From an uncultured Candidatus Binatia bacterium (lineage in GTDB: Bacteria > Desulfobacterota > Binatia > UBA9968 > JAJDTQ01), in assembly GCA_964291295.2 (NCBI GenBank), contig OZ219754.1, positions 576,001 to 640,000 on the forward strand: DNA of 64,000 nt, read 5' to 3'. Each line of letters opens with the position of its first letter. The first letter of the stretch is position 1. Shown here piece by piece: positions 1-10,297 of this stretch. The position numbers were made by a program, and so were the translations under genes. Under the pieces are notes generated by a model, which saw only the letters and a list, made by a program, of their open reading frames with translations, was not told the origin of the DNA and searched no databases.

Positions 1-1485
1 GCCCAAACGGACTTTCGGCCCGTGCAGCGCCAATCGGCGAAACCTGGCGCGATCGATCTTGAACGCCCGGAGATCGCCCTCCGGCCACTCGTAGAACGCG
101 TCGGGGACCTTGTAGCGCGGCAGTGTCCGCCCGAGCCATCGGGCCAGCGCCAGACCGCCGGGACAGCCGTCGCGCGGCTGGACGAACGCCACGCAACGCT
201 GGCCGAACTCCTCGTTCGGAATGGGCACCACCACCGCCTGGTCGACGCCGTCGTGATCGGTCAGGGCGCGTTCGATCTCCTCAGGGTGTATAGTCTCGCC
301 GCCCGAGAAGAACCGGTTGTCGCGGCGGCCGATCACGGTCAGGTACCCGTCGTCGTCCAGGCGCCCGAGGTCTCCGGTCGCGAACCAGCCGTCCTCGGTC
401 AACGGACGCCTCAGGCTCTCGCCTTCGACATAGCCCATGAACAGAGTCTCCCCGGCCAACTGGATCTCTCCCTCGGGGCCGATCCGAAGCTTCCGGTACG
501 GCAGCGGCTTCCCCGAGGTAAGCCGCTGGAGCGTGTTGGAACCGGGGCCGGTGGTGGCCACCTGCGAGGCCATTTCGGTGCAGCCGTAGCTCGCGAACAC
601 CGGCAAGCCGCGCTCGCCGGCCCGCTCAAGCAACTTCAAAGGGACCGGGCTGCCCCCCAGGATGATACAGCGAAGCGAAGGGTAATGCAGGGAGTCGGGC
701 CGCCGCAACAGCCGGTGCAGTTGCGTCACCACCACCGACAGGTGCGTCACCTGGCGGCGGCTCAAGACCTCATCCAGGGTCTCGCCCTCGTCCGGCATGA
801 CGACGGTGGCGCCGGCCAGCAGGCAGCGAAAGAGAATACCGAGGCCGCCCACGTGGTAGAGCGGCAGGTCCAGCAGCCAGCGGTCACCGGCCGCCAGCGG
901 CAGATTCCGGTTGGAGCCGAGAGCATTGTAGTAGTGGTTTCCGTAGGAGTGAAGCACCGCCTTGGGGGCGCCGGTGCTGCCGGAGGTGAAGACGATGGTG
1001 GCGGGCCGGTCCAGTGGCATGGCGGCGTCTCCGGGCGCCGCCCCGGGGGGTTCTTCGGATCCGACCGCGCCGCCATCCATGGCGACCTCAAGGTCGCGGC
1101 TCTGGATGACCCGCATGTCATGCCCCTCCAGCAGCCGCGCGCCGCCGGACGCCGCCGGCGCCGGCATCCGCACCACCATCCTGTGGCAGTCGACGCGACG
1201 CAGGAGGTCCGCCACCGTGCGGTTCGGGAGTCTCGTGTTCATCGGACAGCACACCGCCCCCAGGCGCAGCACCGCCAGCAACCAGGCGAGGTAGTCCGGG
1301 CTGTTGGGCGCCAGTATGGCCACGCGCTCGCCGCTACGGCAGCCGGCCCGTTCCAGCGCCGCCGTCACCCGCTCCACGCGCCGTTGAAACTCCCGGTAGG
1401 AGAACACGCGGGCGCCGCGGACCACCGCGGGCCGGTCCGCATGGCGCTCGGCCGCCTCTTCCAGGGGACAACGGACCTCAGCCAT
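1..1485 (-). CDS. menE: o-succinylbenzoate--CoA ligase (3' end runs off the window)
   Basis: Not in the ORF track because the stop lies outside the window. Manual translation from ATG 1485 gives MAEVRCPLEEAAERHADRPA..., the AMP-binding motif TIVFTSGSTGAPK, LPLYHVGG and C-terminal LPRYKVP. Lies downstream of menB/menA. Confidence 0.88.
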   Translation of the reverse strand, partial: MAEVRCPLEEAAERHADRPAVVRGARVFSYREFQRRVERVTAALERAGCRSGERVAILAPNSPDYLAWLLAVLRLGAVCCPMNTRLPNRTVADLLRRVDCHRMVVRMPAPAASGGARLLEGHDMRVIQSRDLEVAMDGGAVGSEEPPGAAPGDAAMPLDRPATIVFTSGSTGAPKAVLHSYGNHYYNALGSNRNLPLAAGDRWLLDLPLYHVGGLGILFRCLLAGATVVMPDEGETLDEVLSRRQVTHLSVVVTQLHRLLRRPDSLHYPSLRCIILGGSPVPLKLLERAGERGLPVFASYGCTEMASQVATTGPGSNTLQRLTSGKPLPYRKLRIGPEGEIQLAGETLFMGYVEGESLRRPLTEDGWFATGDLGRLDDDGYLTVIGRRDNRFFSGGETIHPEEIERALTDHDGVDQAVVVPIPNEEFGQRCVAFVQPRDGCPGGLALARWLGRTLPRYKVPDAFYEWPEGDLRAFKIDRARFRRLALHGPKVRLG

Positions 1486-1690
1486 GCCCGATCCCGCCCA
1501 TCGCGCACCCGCCGATGCGGTGCAGAGGGGTCACGGCGGCGCTCCATCCAACGACTCCGGCGCGGAGCGGAAAGCGCGGCTCGACCCAGTCCGCATGGAG
1601 CCGCCGGAAGGCGGCGGGAACTGCCGGCCCCAGGGCGGCCCATGCCAGCGGAAGGCGACAGCGAAAGATCCTGCGGTTCGACAGGGTCAC
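1478..1690 (-). pseudogene. possible internally deleted remnant of o-succinylbenzoate synthase (menC)
   Basis: 70-aa ORF at the position where menC often sits (between menA and menE). Its N-terminus MTLSNRRIFRCRLPL resembles MenC-type N-termini, and its stop overlaps the menE start (ATGGCTGA). Confidence 0.35.
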
Positions 1691-1864
1691 GGCGTGTCCG
1701 GGTTACGGATCCGGGTTACGTTAGATGCGGCCGGGTTCTCACCGACCTTGCATGGCGTTTCCCCATTGATAGCACTTGCCCGCCGCCATTTTGAACTGCC
1801 GTTGCCGGTTTCATGCCGGGGCCGGGCGCGAGGGGAACGGCCGGCGGCCCGAAGCACCGGCCCT

Positions 1865-2761
1865 TCACAGAATCCAGCCGGCAGAGAACACCGCGCTGTA
1901 GAGCAGCAGCAGACGCGCGGTGTAGGCAAGGACCGGGTTCAGCAGCGGGCCTTCGGAAGTGAAGAGACGGCGAAAAGCCGGCAGCGCCGCCACGGCGACA
2001 ACAACGGCGGCGACCGACCAGGGGTGCCGGCCCGAGGTGACGTAGAGGGCAAGGGGCAGCAGGCAGGCCCCCACGACGGCCGCGATGTATTCGCCTCGGG
2101 CAAAGCCCGCCCCGAAGCGGACCGCCAGCGTTCGCTTGCCCGTCCGGCGGTCTTCATCCACGTCGCGCAGGTTGTTGACCGCAAGGATGGCGACGGACAG
2201 AAGCCCCGGCGCGAGCCCGGCGATGATCACCGTGGCATTGACCGTCAAGGTCTGCACGTAATAGGTTCCGGCCACCGCCACCGGCCCGAAGAACACCAGC
2301 ACCAGCAGATCGCCCAGGCCCAGATAGCCCAGGGGGCGGGGTCCGCCGGTGTAGAGAATCCCGCACGCAACCGAAAGAACGCCGATGAAAATCGCCGGCC
2401 AGCCACCGCGCCAGACGAGGTAGAGGCCCCCGGACAAGGTGAGCAGCAGCACCACGAGGATGCCGCGCTTCATCCTCCCGGGCGTCACGAGTCCGGCCTG
2501 GGTGACCCGCAGCGGTCCCTGACGCGCTTCGGTATCGGCGCCTTTCTCGTAGTCGAAGAGGTCGTTGGCGAAATTGGTGGCGACCTGGATCAGCACCGAG
2601 CAGGCCAGCGCCACCAGCGCCGCAGGTGCGTGAAACCCGCCGTCGCCGAAAGCCATGGCGGTGCCCATCACCACCGGGGCCACGGATGCCCAGAGGGTCT
2701 TGGGTCGAGCCGCCAGGAGCCAGACGGAGGCGGGCGGGCGGGAGAGGGGGTCGTGGTTCAC
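1865..2761 (-). CDS. menA: 1,4-dihydroxy-2-naphthoate polyprenyltransferase
   Basis: Motifs WLLAARPKTL, NFANDLFDYEKGAD, NNLRDVDEDRRTGKRTLAVRFG and many hydrophobic segments. Start reassigned to GTG 2761. Confidence 0.93.
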   Translation of the reverse strand: MNHDPLSRPPASVWLLAARPKTLWASVAPVVMGTAMAFGDGGFHAPAALVALACSVLIQVATNFANDLFDYEKGADTEARQGPLRVTQAGLVTPGRMKRGILVVLLLTLSGGLYLVWRGGWPAIFIGVLSVACGILYTGGPRPLGYLGLGDLLVLVFFGPVAVAGTYYVQTLTVNATVIIAGLAPGLLSVAILAVNNLRDVDEDRRTGKRTLAVRFGAGFARGEYIAAVVGACLLPLALYVTSGRHPWSVAAVVVAVAALPAFRRLFTSEGPLLNPVLAYTARLLLLYSAVFSAGWIL

Positions 2762-2781
2762 GCGTTCCCTCGTCGCCGGGT

Positions 2782-3606
2782 TCAGGGGCGGCGGGGGAAT
2801 CGGGAGAAGTCCGGCTTGCGCTTCTCGACGAAGGCGTTCCGACCCTCCTGCCCCTCTTCGGTCATGTAGAACAGCATGGTGGCGTTGCCCGCCAACTCCT
2901 GCAGCCCCGCCTGGCCGTCGCAGTCCGCGTTGAACGCCGCCTTGAGGCAGCGGATGGCAATCGGCGAGTTGGCGAGAATCTCCCGGCACCACCCCACCGT
3001 CTCCTCCTCCAGCCCCTCGTACGGCACCACCGCGTTCACCAACCCCATCTCCAGCGCCTGCCCCGCGTCGTACTGCCGGCACAGGTACCAGATCTCCCGG
3101 GCCTTCTTCTGCCCCACGATACGCGCCAGGTAGGTGGCGCCGTAGCCCCCGTCGAACGAACCCACCCGTGGACCCGTCTGTCCGAAGATCGCGTTGTCGG
3201 CCGCGATGGTCAGGTCGCACATGACGTGCAGCACGTGCCCCCCACCCACCGCGTAACCCGCCACCATGGCGATGACCGGCTTCGGGCAACTTCGCATCTG
3301 ACGCTGGAACTCCAGTACGTTCAGCCGGTGCACCCCCGACTCATCCTTGTAGCCGGAGTCGCCCCGAACCTTCTGGTCCCCGCCGGAGCAAAACGCCTCC
3401 CGACCCTCCCCCGTCAGGATCACCACCCCGATGACCGGGTCATTCCGCGCATCGTCCAGCGCCCGGATCATCTCCTCCACCGTCAGCGGGCGGAAGGCGT
3501 TGCGGACCTCCGGCCGATTGATGGTGATCTTCGCGATGCCCTCGTCGGTCTTGTGATACCGGATATCGCTATATGTCCCCGCCTCGGTCCATTCGATCAT
3601 CGCCAT
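2782..3606 (-). CDS. menB: 1,4-dihydroxy-2-naphthoyl-CoA synthase
   Basis: Motifs [43 protein letters not shown]. Confidence 0.97.
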   Translation of the reverse strand: MAMIEWTEAGTYSDIRYHKTDEGIAKITINRPEVRNAFRPLTVEEMIRALDDARNDPVIGVVILTGEGREAFCSGGDQKVRGDSGYKDESGVHRLNVLEFQRQMRSCPKPVIAMVAGYAVGGGHVLHVMCDLTIAADNAIFGQTGPRVGSFDGGYGATYLARIVGQKKAREIWYLCRQYDAGQALEMGLVNAVVPYEGLEEETVGWCREILANSPIAIRCLKAAFNADCDGQAGLQELAGNATMLFYMTEEGQEGRNAFVEKRKPDFSRFPRRP

Positions 3607-4341
3607 CCTCCGACTTCCCTCCCACCACCCCGTTCGCCCGCTGCCATGAAGGGATGGTCGCAGACGGCGGCGCTCCAGCGGCGTCTTTGCCGCCCGGCGA
3701 CGGCACCAACGACCGGGCTTCGCCCCCCGGTTCCCCTTTTCGCGGCTACGACGCCAGGATGATACCGGCCTCCCGGTTCGTCACCCACCGCTCACCAGAA
3801 ACCGCTCACCAGAAAATCCCGCAGGGTGCGTGGGAACGTCTCAAGGTTCTCGAAATGCGTGTTGTGCCCGCGTCCGGGATGGCCACGGGCCTGCCCTTCC
3901 AAGGAGGCTTACCATATCCCGCACGGCTTTTCTGTAGCGTGGATCCAACTCGCCGGCCACGGGAAAGTCAACAGCGGGAGTTGCCGCCAGAGGCCGGGCC
4001 GGGAGCCCGTGCCCATGAGGCGAAGCGAGCGGGCAGGTACGACCGCCACTCCATCCGCACCCTGAAACGGGCCTGGTCACGTGGCCCTGGTCACGGAATC
4101 TTCGTCACGGTCGATGGAACGGAACCGCGGCTGCCGGTATCTGCCTTCCGGAAAGGCCTCCGGTCCCGGCCCTTCCGACTCGCACGCCCCGGCCCCATTC
4201 CGCTCCCGCCGGCTCGCCTGTTCCGACTCCGACGCCAGCCCGGGGGAACCTGGATTCCACCACCAAGGTCCGGCTTCTGCCGCTGATCGGACGGGGCCGC
4301 GGCGAAATCCCTTCCCTCCAATCGCGGGCGGGGCGTTCTCC

Positions 4342-7300
4342 TCACCAGCGCAGCGCACCGCGCAGCATGAGGCTCTGCTCGCCGTTGGTCCAGGGCCGGC
4401 TTGTGCCCTCGATTCCCAGGGCGACCCCCGAGCCCAGGCGGTAGCGCGCACCCAGGCGCAGCGTGCGCTCGCCCGACTCCGCCAAGCTGAGCCCGGCATA
4501 AGGCGTCAGCAGCGCCGGGCCGGCGATGCCGATGCCGTGCCCCATCTCCGCCTCCAGACGGCTCTCCTCCGCCCCCGCCCCGCTGTCCGTGGCCGGACCG
4601 TAGTCGAACAACCCCCTCACACCGCTTGCCGTGCGACCGTGGGCCGGGCCGAAGCTCAGATAGCTCCCCCGACCGTCGGCCCCGGGGTCCAGGATCACCA
4701 GGGCGCTCACGCCCCATTCCTTCCGGTCCCGCTCGTGCACCGCCAGCATCCGGGCCCGCAACTCCGCGGTCAGACGGGCACCCGGGTCGCGCCAGATCAC
4801 GCCAGCCCCCACCTCCACCCCGCCGCCCTGCCCAACGTCGCCGTCGTCATGACGCACGCCCACTTCCAGCGCCGGCGTCAGCGTCGCATCGCCCCCGACC
4901 CGGTGCTCCCACGACCCCTCCACCATCAGCCGCAGTCGGCTCGCCTTCACCGTCAACTCCGTCAGACCGTCGCCGGCCTCCGTGCCCAGTTGGACCAGGG
5001 AGCCCTCCCCCTTCACCGCCACTCGCGTGGTGCCCCCTGCGATGATCTCCGGATCCTCCACCAGCACCCCGCGACCGCCCACCGCCCCAATCCACTGCGA
5101 CAGGTCCGCCGTGCGCGCCGCCGCTCCCGCCTCGGTGATCCGAACCTCGCCCCTCCCGTAACCCGCGCTGGCCCACAGCGTCGTGCCGTCCGCACGCAGC
5201 CACGCCAGATACGGATTCACCGACACCACCCGGCTCTCGTGCCTGCTTTTCGTCCGGTCGCCCCTCTTCGACACCGCATCCACCTTGCCCTTCGCATACG
5301 ACACCGCCGCCCCCGCCAGCAGGTCCGGGCGAACCCGAACGTCCGCCCCCAGATACCCCGACCACAGCCCGCCCTCCCAGGAAAGATCCCGCTCCGAACC
5401 CGACAGCGACCGCCACTCGCCCACTCCCCACAACGCCGGCGCCGCCGCCCCTCCCGCCCCCGAAGCACCCAGCGGCAGCGCGAAGGAGGCCCCGTCCAGC
5501 ATCTCCCGCAGGCCCGGTCCCCCTTGCCCCGGGTCTCCCAAGCCAACCCACTTCTCCTCCACCGCCTTCCCCGGCGCCGCTCCGAAGCGCACCGCACCGC
5601 CCACACCGCCATCCGACACCGCTTCGATCCGCCTCGTCACCGCCTCCAGCGTCTGCGACAGCGCCATCGCCGCCACCTGCGGCAGGATCGCACGGTTCAC
5701 CCGATCCGCCCCCTCCGACGAACCCTCTTCCAGAACTCCCTCCGCCTCCGCATCCACCCCCACCGCATAACCCTCCGCCGCGTTCAGCGTGATGCCGTAC
5801 GACTCCCGGCCTTCCACCTCTCCATCCGTGCGGGTGGGGATCATCACCAAACCCCTCCGGCTCGCCGTGGCGCCGAACACCGCATCCAACGAACGCGGCC
5901 CCAGTCCCCCCGGAAGATCCTCCGCATCGAAGCCACTGCCGTCGCGCGCCGCCAGCGTCAGACTCACCACCAGATTGCCCGTCAGCGCACGATCCGAGGT
6001 CACCGTGAGATGGATGTCCTCCCCCTCCGCCACCGCCGCCGGGTCCGTCTCCAGACTCAGCACCGGCGTCGTGTCCCTCACCCGCACCACCACCGAGGCG
6101 ATGCTCACCGAATCGTAGCCCCCGCCCCTCGCTCCGTGCGTCAGCGTCGCCCTGTCGTCCGCCGTGTCCGCATCACGAGCCGCGCTCACCGTCACCCGCT
6201 GCGGCTCGCTCCAGTTCGACACCGTGAAGCTCAGGCGCCGCGGCACCACCGTCACCTCCCCCGATGCCCCGCCCACCGTCACCGTCACCGTCCCCGTGGG
6301 CTCCGCACCCAGCACCACCGTGTAGCTCCCGGTGCCGCCCTCCTCCACCGTCAGCGCCGTCGGCGTCACCCGCACGCTCCCGCTCCCGCCCGCCGCGGGA
6401 GGCGTCGGCGTCGTCCCGGGAGGCGTGGAGGGCGGCGTGGCGCCCGTCGGCGTCGCGCTCACTGGCGCATCCGGGCCAGCGCCGTTGCCGGCCACGTTCA
6501 CCGCGCGCACCTCGAACTGATACGCGGTGCCGTTGGTCAGCCCGCTCACCTCGTAGCTGGTGGTGCTCGCTCCGGAGCCCCCAATGTCCGTCCACGCGCC
6601 CCAGGACTCGCCACCGGCCTTCTGCCGGTATTGCCACTTCGTGATGGTCGGATTGCCCGCGTCCGTCCAGCTCAGCGTCACCGAACCGTCCCCCGCCGCC
6701 GCCGCCAGGCCCGTCGGCTTCGCCGGCACCACGCCGCTCTCCGTCACGCTCACCACCACCGAGGCGATGCTCACCGAACCGTAGCCGCCCCCCGTCGCAC
6801 TGTGGGTCAGCGTCACGTCCGGGTCCGTCGTCGTGTCCCCGTCCTCCGCCGCGTTCACCGTCACCGTCTGCGGCATGTTCCAGTCCGAGGTGGTGAAGGT
6901 CAGCGGCGAGCCCGCCACCGTCACGTCCTCCGCCTCGCCCGCCACCGTGATCGTCACATCGCTCGACGGCACCGCGTTCAGCCGCATCGTGTAGCTGCCG
7001 CTGCTCCCCTCCGCCACCGTCAGCGCCGCCGTCGACACCGTCACCCCCGGCGCATCGGCCACCGTCACATCCACCGTGCCCGCATCCGGTATCGCATCCA
7101 CCGTCGCCCCCGTCAGCCGGAAGGCGTGGTTGATCGTCGCCGTGCCGTTCTTGACCCCGGTCACCGTCACATCCTGCGCCGTGTTGTAGTTGTCCGTGGT
7201 AAACGTCAGACTCGGCGGACTCACCGTCGCCGTCGCCGTGTCGTCGCTCGCGATCGACAGCGTTCCCGCATACGCCTTCTTCAGCGCCACCGTGTAGGTC

Positions 7301-10176
7301 GCCGTGGAACCGGGCTCAACCGTCACCGGGTCTCCGGTGATCATCAGCGCCGGCCTGTCATCATCATCATCGCTCAAGGTCACCGTGCGGATGTTGGACC
7401 AGAGGCCATTCCGATCATTGATCCCCCGTCCGCGAATCCTCACCTCCACCACCGCACCCTCCGGGTAGAAGGTGTCCAGCCCCCAGTCAACCGTCCGCGC
7501 CGAAAGTACCGCCGAAGCGCCAGTGCGAGAGGTTCCCCGCCAGTCCGTGCTCCCCCTGAGACGATGACCCATCTGCCAATGAAACCAGGTGGCTCCACTG
7601 GGGATAAGATCGCCGCTATGGGTCCACGTCAGTCGAACCCCCACAGCCAAGTTGGGCGCATTCGATGTCGCCCCGGTCAGCACCGGCGCCGCCAGCGCAT
7701 ACGGCGTCGCCGTCACCTCGTCCGACCACACCGACTGCACCCCAGGACTCACCGCCGCGAACAGCCGGAACGTGTATTCCGTCCCCCCCGTCAGCCCCGT
7801 CACCGTGGCGCTCGTCGTGCTCCCGCCCGTGACCGTCGTGGTGTCGCTCCAGCCGCCCGTGCTCTTGTACTGGTAGCCCCAGCTCGTTATCGGAATGCCC
7901 GACAGCGCGCTCCAGCTCAGGGTGACCGAACGGTCACCCCCGGCCGCCGTCAGCACCGGCTTGGGAACCGTATTCGTCGGCGTCGCCGTCACCTCGTCCG
8001 ACCACACCGACTGCACCCCCGGACTGACCGCGGCAAACAGCCGGAACGTGTATTCCGTCCCGATCATCAGCCCCGTCACCGTGGTGCTCGTCGCGCTGCC
8101 GTCCGAAATCGTCGTGGTCGCGCTCCAACTGCCGCCCCCGCTCTTGTACTGGTAGCCCCAGCTCGCCACCGTCACCCCCGACAGCGCGCTCCAGCTCAGG
8201 GTGACCCTGCCATAGCCCGCCGCCGCGGCGCTCAGCACCGGTTTGGGAACCGCCGGCGTCGCCCGCACCACCGCCGACGCGGCGCTGTTGCCGCCGCCGT
8301 TCTGCGCCCGGATGCGAAAACGGTACGCTCTGTCGTTGTCCAGACCCGTCACCGTGTGGTTCGTGGTGTCCGCGTCCGAACCGGAAATGTCGGTCCAGCT
8401 GCCCCAGGCGGCGCTCCCCTTCCTCTGCTGCACCTGATACCCCGTGATCGAATCGTCCTCCGGGTCCGTCCACGACAGCTCCACCTGACCGTTGCCCGCC
8501 TCCGCCGACAACCCCGTCGGCTTGGCGGGTTTGGCGGTGGTGCCATCATTGTCAACAATGGTGATGAGGATGGAGTCGCCCGACCAGCCCCCTGTGCTGG
8601 TGCTGGCCCGCATGGAGAAGTACTCATCCCCCTCCTCCAAGGTGTCCGGAAGAATGCCAACCGTCCTTGTGGCTGTTCTTTGCCCAGACTCTATGGGGAG
8701 GCTACTCGCGGAAGGGCCGCCGGGGAAGCAGATATCTGCTGTCGCGGGGGTCGGATTGCTGCAGTTGTCGGAACCTCCGTTATCATTGCCCACCAGGGTG
8801 CCGATACCCCCACCATAGCTGATGCTGACAAGAAACTCGTCCGGTGCATCCTCGCTGAGGGTAACGGTGAGGACTATGTTCTTCCTTTCCGTATCACCCT
8901 CCGTGATACGGTTATTGGGCTGATCGGTTGTGAGGGTGATGGTCTTGCTGCCAGTGGGGGTTGCCGTTGTCTCATTGGATACCGCACCGTTGCCGGAACT
9001 GTTCACCGCACGCACCTTGAACTTGTATTCCGTCCCGTTGCTCAAACCCGTCACCACATATCTGCCGTTATTGGGTTCACCTTCCGCCGAGTTGGAAATA
9101 TCGGTCCATGCGCCGTAGGCCGCCAACCCGGTCTTCTGCTGATACTGCCACTTGGTAATGGCCGGATTGGAATCCCTGACAGCCTCCCATATGAGCGTCA
9201 CCTTCCGATCCCCTGCATCCGAACCCAGTCCCGTTGTCGCGGCAGGAACGGCCGTGGTGGGGGGATCGTCGTCGTCGGTAATGGTCAGGGTGAGGCTGCC
9301 GTCGGTCCAGCCAGGATGCGCAGCCGAAGAAACGAGCTTGATGGTCTCGTTCGGCTCGTCCCGGGTGTCGGCGAGAATACGCACTTTCTTCGTGCCCATG
9401 GTCTCACCTTCGGCGATGGAGATGTTGGCCCCGTCCGGATGGCACCAGTCGGTGTCCGCCGGATTCAGCGGCGCCGTGCAGGGGTTTGCTCCCTTGCTGG
9501 AGCCTGTGGCCGTGCCGGGGGGACTGGCAGAAATAAGGGAGAGCGAAAAAATCCCCAAATCCGGATCCGCCGCCGGCGCCGCCTCGCCGAGCGTCACGGT
9601 GACCGTCACGTCCGTAAAGCCGGAGTTGCCCTCGGTGATCGAGGTCGATGTCGCCGACAGGGTGATCGTCTTGGTGGAAGTGGCCGCCGTTGGCGTCGCC
9701 GTGGCCCCGTTCGAGTACCCTCCCCCACTAGCGAAGACGGAAAAGTTAAGACCGGTACCTTCCGCCCTTGCCACCTGGAAGGTATAGGAGGTGCCGGGGG
9801 TCAACCCTGTGACCGTGTGGGTTCTGATGGTGGCGCCGCCCGGTATATCGATCCAGTCGCCGTAACCTCCTCCGGTGACCCCCTGTCGGTAAACCCAATA
9901 TCCAAATCCAGTGTTGCCGGTACGGGTCCAGTTGAGCGTGACACTGCCGACACCCGGGGTTGCCGTGAGCGCCGGCTTTTGCTGCGCCCGCGCGTCCTGC
10001 GGCGCGAGCACGGCGAGCGTCACCAGCGCGAAGAAGACGAGGGCGAATGCCGCCTTCAGGCGGCTGGCGGTTCTCCCGAGGGCGCCCACCGGACTAAGCC
10101 CCACAGCCGGTTTTCGGGGGGGGGGGGGGGGGGGCAATCTTACGCCCCAACCGAACCGCCGCGACAGGCCGCTCAT
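4342..10176 (-). CDS. large surface protein/adhesin: fibronectin type III and Calx-beta-like repeats with a C-terminal autotransporter-like beta-domain
   Basis: Signal-like segment ...ALVTLAVLAPQDARA/QQ; repeated FN3 signatures (VTLSW...YQY...VTGLTNGTxYxFxVRA); Thr/Ser-rich Ig-like modules; amphipathic beta-strand C-terminus ending in W. In-frame ATG at 10176. Confidence 0.8.
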   Translation of the reverse strand: MSGLSRRFGWGVRLPPPPPPRKPAVGLSPVGALGRTASRLKAAFALVFFALVTLAVLAPQDARAQQKPALTATPGVGSVTLNWTRTGNTGFGYWVYRQGVTGGGYGDWIDIPGGATIRTHTVTGLTPGTSYTFQVARAEGTGLNFSVFASGGGYSNGATATPTAATSTKTITLSATSTSITEGNSGFTDVTVTVTLGEAAPAADPDLGIFSLSLISASPPGTATGSSKGANPCTAPLNPADTDWCHPDGANISIAEGETMGTKKVRILADTRDEPNETIKLVSSAAHPGWTDGSLTLTITDDDDPPTTAVPAATTGLGSDAGDRKVTLIWEAVRDSNPAITKWQYQQKTGLAAYGAWTDISNSAEGEPNNGRYVVTGLSNGTEYKFKVRAVNSSGNGAVSNETTATPTGSKTITLTTDQPNNRITEGDTERKNIVLTVTLSEDAPDEFLVSISYGGGIGTLVGNDNGGSDNCSNPTPATADICFPGGPSASSLPIESGQRTATRTVGILPDTLEEGDEYFSMRASTSTGGWSGDSILITIVDNDGTTAKPAKPTGLSAEAGNGQVELSWTDPEDDSITGYQVQQRKGSAAWGSWTDISGSDADTTNHTVTGLDNDRAYRFRIRAQNGGGNSAASAVVRATPAVPKPVLSAAAAGYGRVTLSWSALSGVTVASWGYQYKSGGGSWSATTTISDGSATSTTVTGLMIGTEYTFRLFAAVSPGVQSVWSDEVTATPTNTVPKPVLTAAGGDRSVTLSWSALSGIPITSWGYQYKSTGGWSDTTTVTGGSTTSATVTGLTGGTEYTFRLFAAVSPGVQSVWSDEVTATPYALAAPVLTGATSNAPNLAVGVRLTWTHSGDLIPSGATWFHWQMGHRLRGSTDWRGTSRTGASAVLSARTVDWGLDTFYPEGAVVEVRIRGRGINDRNGLWSNIRTVTLSDDDDDRPALMITGDPVTVEPGSTATYTVALKKAYAGTLSIASDDTATATVSPPSLTFTTDNYNTAQDVTVTGVKNGTATINHAFRLTGATVDAIPDAGTVDVTVADAPGVTVSTAALTVAEGSSGSYTMRLNAVPSSDVTITVAGEAEDVTVAGSPLTFTTSDWNMPQTVTVNAAEDGDTTTDPDVTLTHSATGGGYGSVSIASVVVSVTESGVVPAKPTGLAAAAGDGSVTLSWTDAGNPTITKWQYRQKAGGESWGAWTDIGGSGASTTSYEVSGLTNGTAYQFEVRAVNVAGNGAGPDAPVSATPTGATPPSTPPGTTPTPPAAGGSGSVRVTPTALTVEEGGTGSYTVVLGAEPTGTVTVTVGGASGEVTVVPRRLSFTVSNWSEPQRVTVSAARDADTADDRATLTHGARGGGYDSVSIASVVVRVRDTTPVLSLETDPAAVAEGEDIHLTVTSDRALTGNLVVSLTLAARDGSGFDAEDLPGGLGPRSLDAVFGATASRRGLVMIPTRTDGEVEGRESYGITLNAAEGYAVGVDAEAEGVLEEGSSEGADRVNRAILPQVAAMALSQTLEAVTRRIEAVSDGGVGGAVRFGAAPGKAVEEKWVGLGDPGQGGPGLREMLDGASFALPLGASGAGGAAAPALWGVGEWRSLSGSERDLSWEGGLWSGYLGADVRVRPDLLAGAAVSYAKGKVDAVSKRGDRTKSRHESRVVSVNPYLAWLRADGTTLWASAGYGRGEVRITEAGAAARTADLSQWIGAVGGRGVLVEDPEIIAGGTTRVAVKGEGSLVQLGTEAGDGLTELTVKASRLRLMVEGSWEHRVGGDATLTPALEVGVRHDDGDVGQGGGVEVGAGVIWRDPGARLTAELRARMLAVHERDRKEWGVSALVILDPGADGRGSYLSFGPAHGRTASGVRGLFDYGPATDSGAGAEESRLEAEMGHGIGIAGPALLTPYAGLSLAESGERTLRLGARYRLGSGVALGIEGTSRPWTNGEQSLMLRGALRW
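7702..8252. repeat. tandem duplication of an FN3-coding module (276-nt offset)
   Basis: cggcgtcgccgtcacctcgtccgaccacaccgactgcac starts at both 7702 and 7978; GTEYTFRLFAAVSPGVQSVWSDEVTATP occurs twice in the protein. Confidence 0.9.
10116..10134. repeat. G19 homopolymer (C19 on the coding strand) at the 5' end of the autotransporter gene
   Basis: Directly visible: ttttc-G19-caatc; encodes the poly-Pro run. Confidence 0.9.
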
Positions 10177-10226
10177 CGCAGCCGACACAGCGCCACCGCC
10201 TTCAAGCTGTCACCCATCTTCGTCAT
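10173..10226 (-). other. short upstream ORF (17 aa) overlapping the adhesin start
   Basis: GAGGTGAG RBS precedes ATG 10226 (MTKMGDSLKAVALCRLR); its TGA overlaps ATG 10176 as ATGA. Confidence 0.4.
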
Positions 10227-10297
10227 GGCCTCACCTCTATCTTACTACCCGCAATCCCCTGCCGGCGCACACTCGAAGCGGCCCGCGGCGCAGGCTC

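Noticed and set aside
22-1794. 590-aa plus-strand ORF
   Set aside because: Shadow of menE, which is on the minus strand and missing from the track because its stop lies outside the window.
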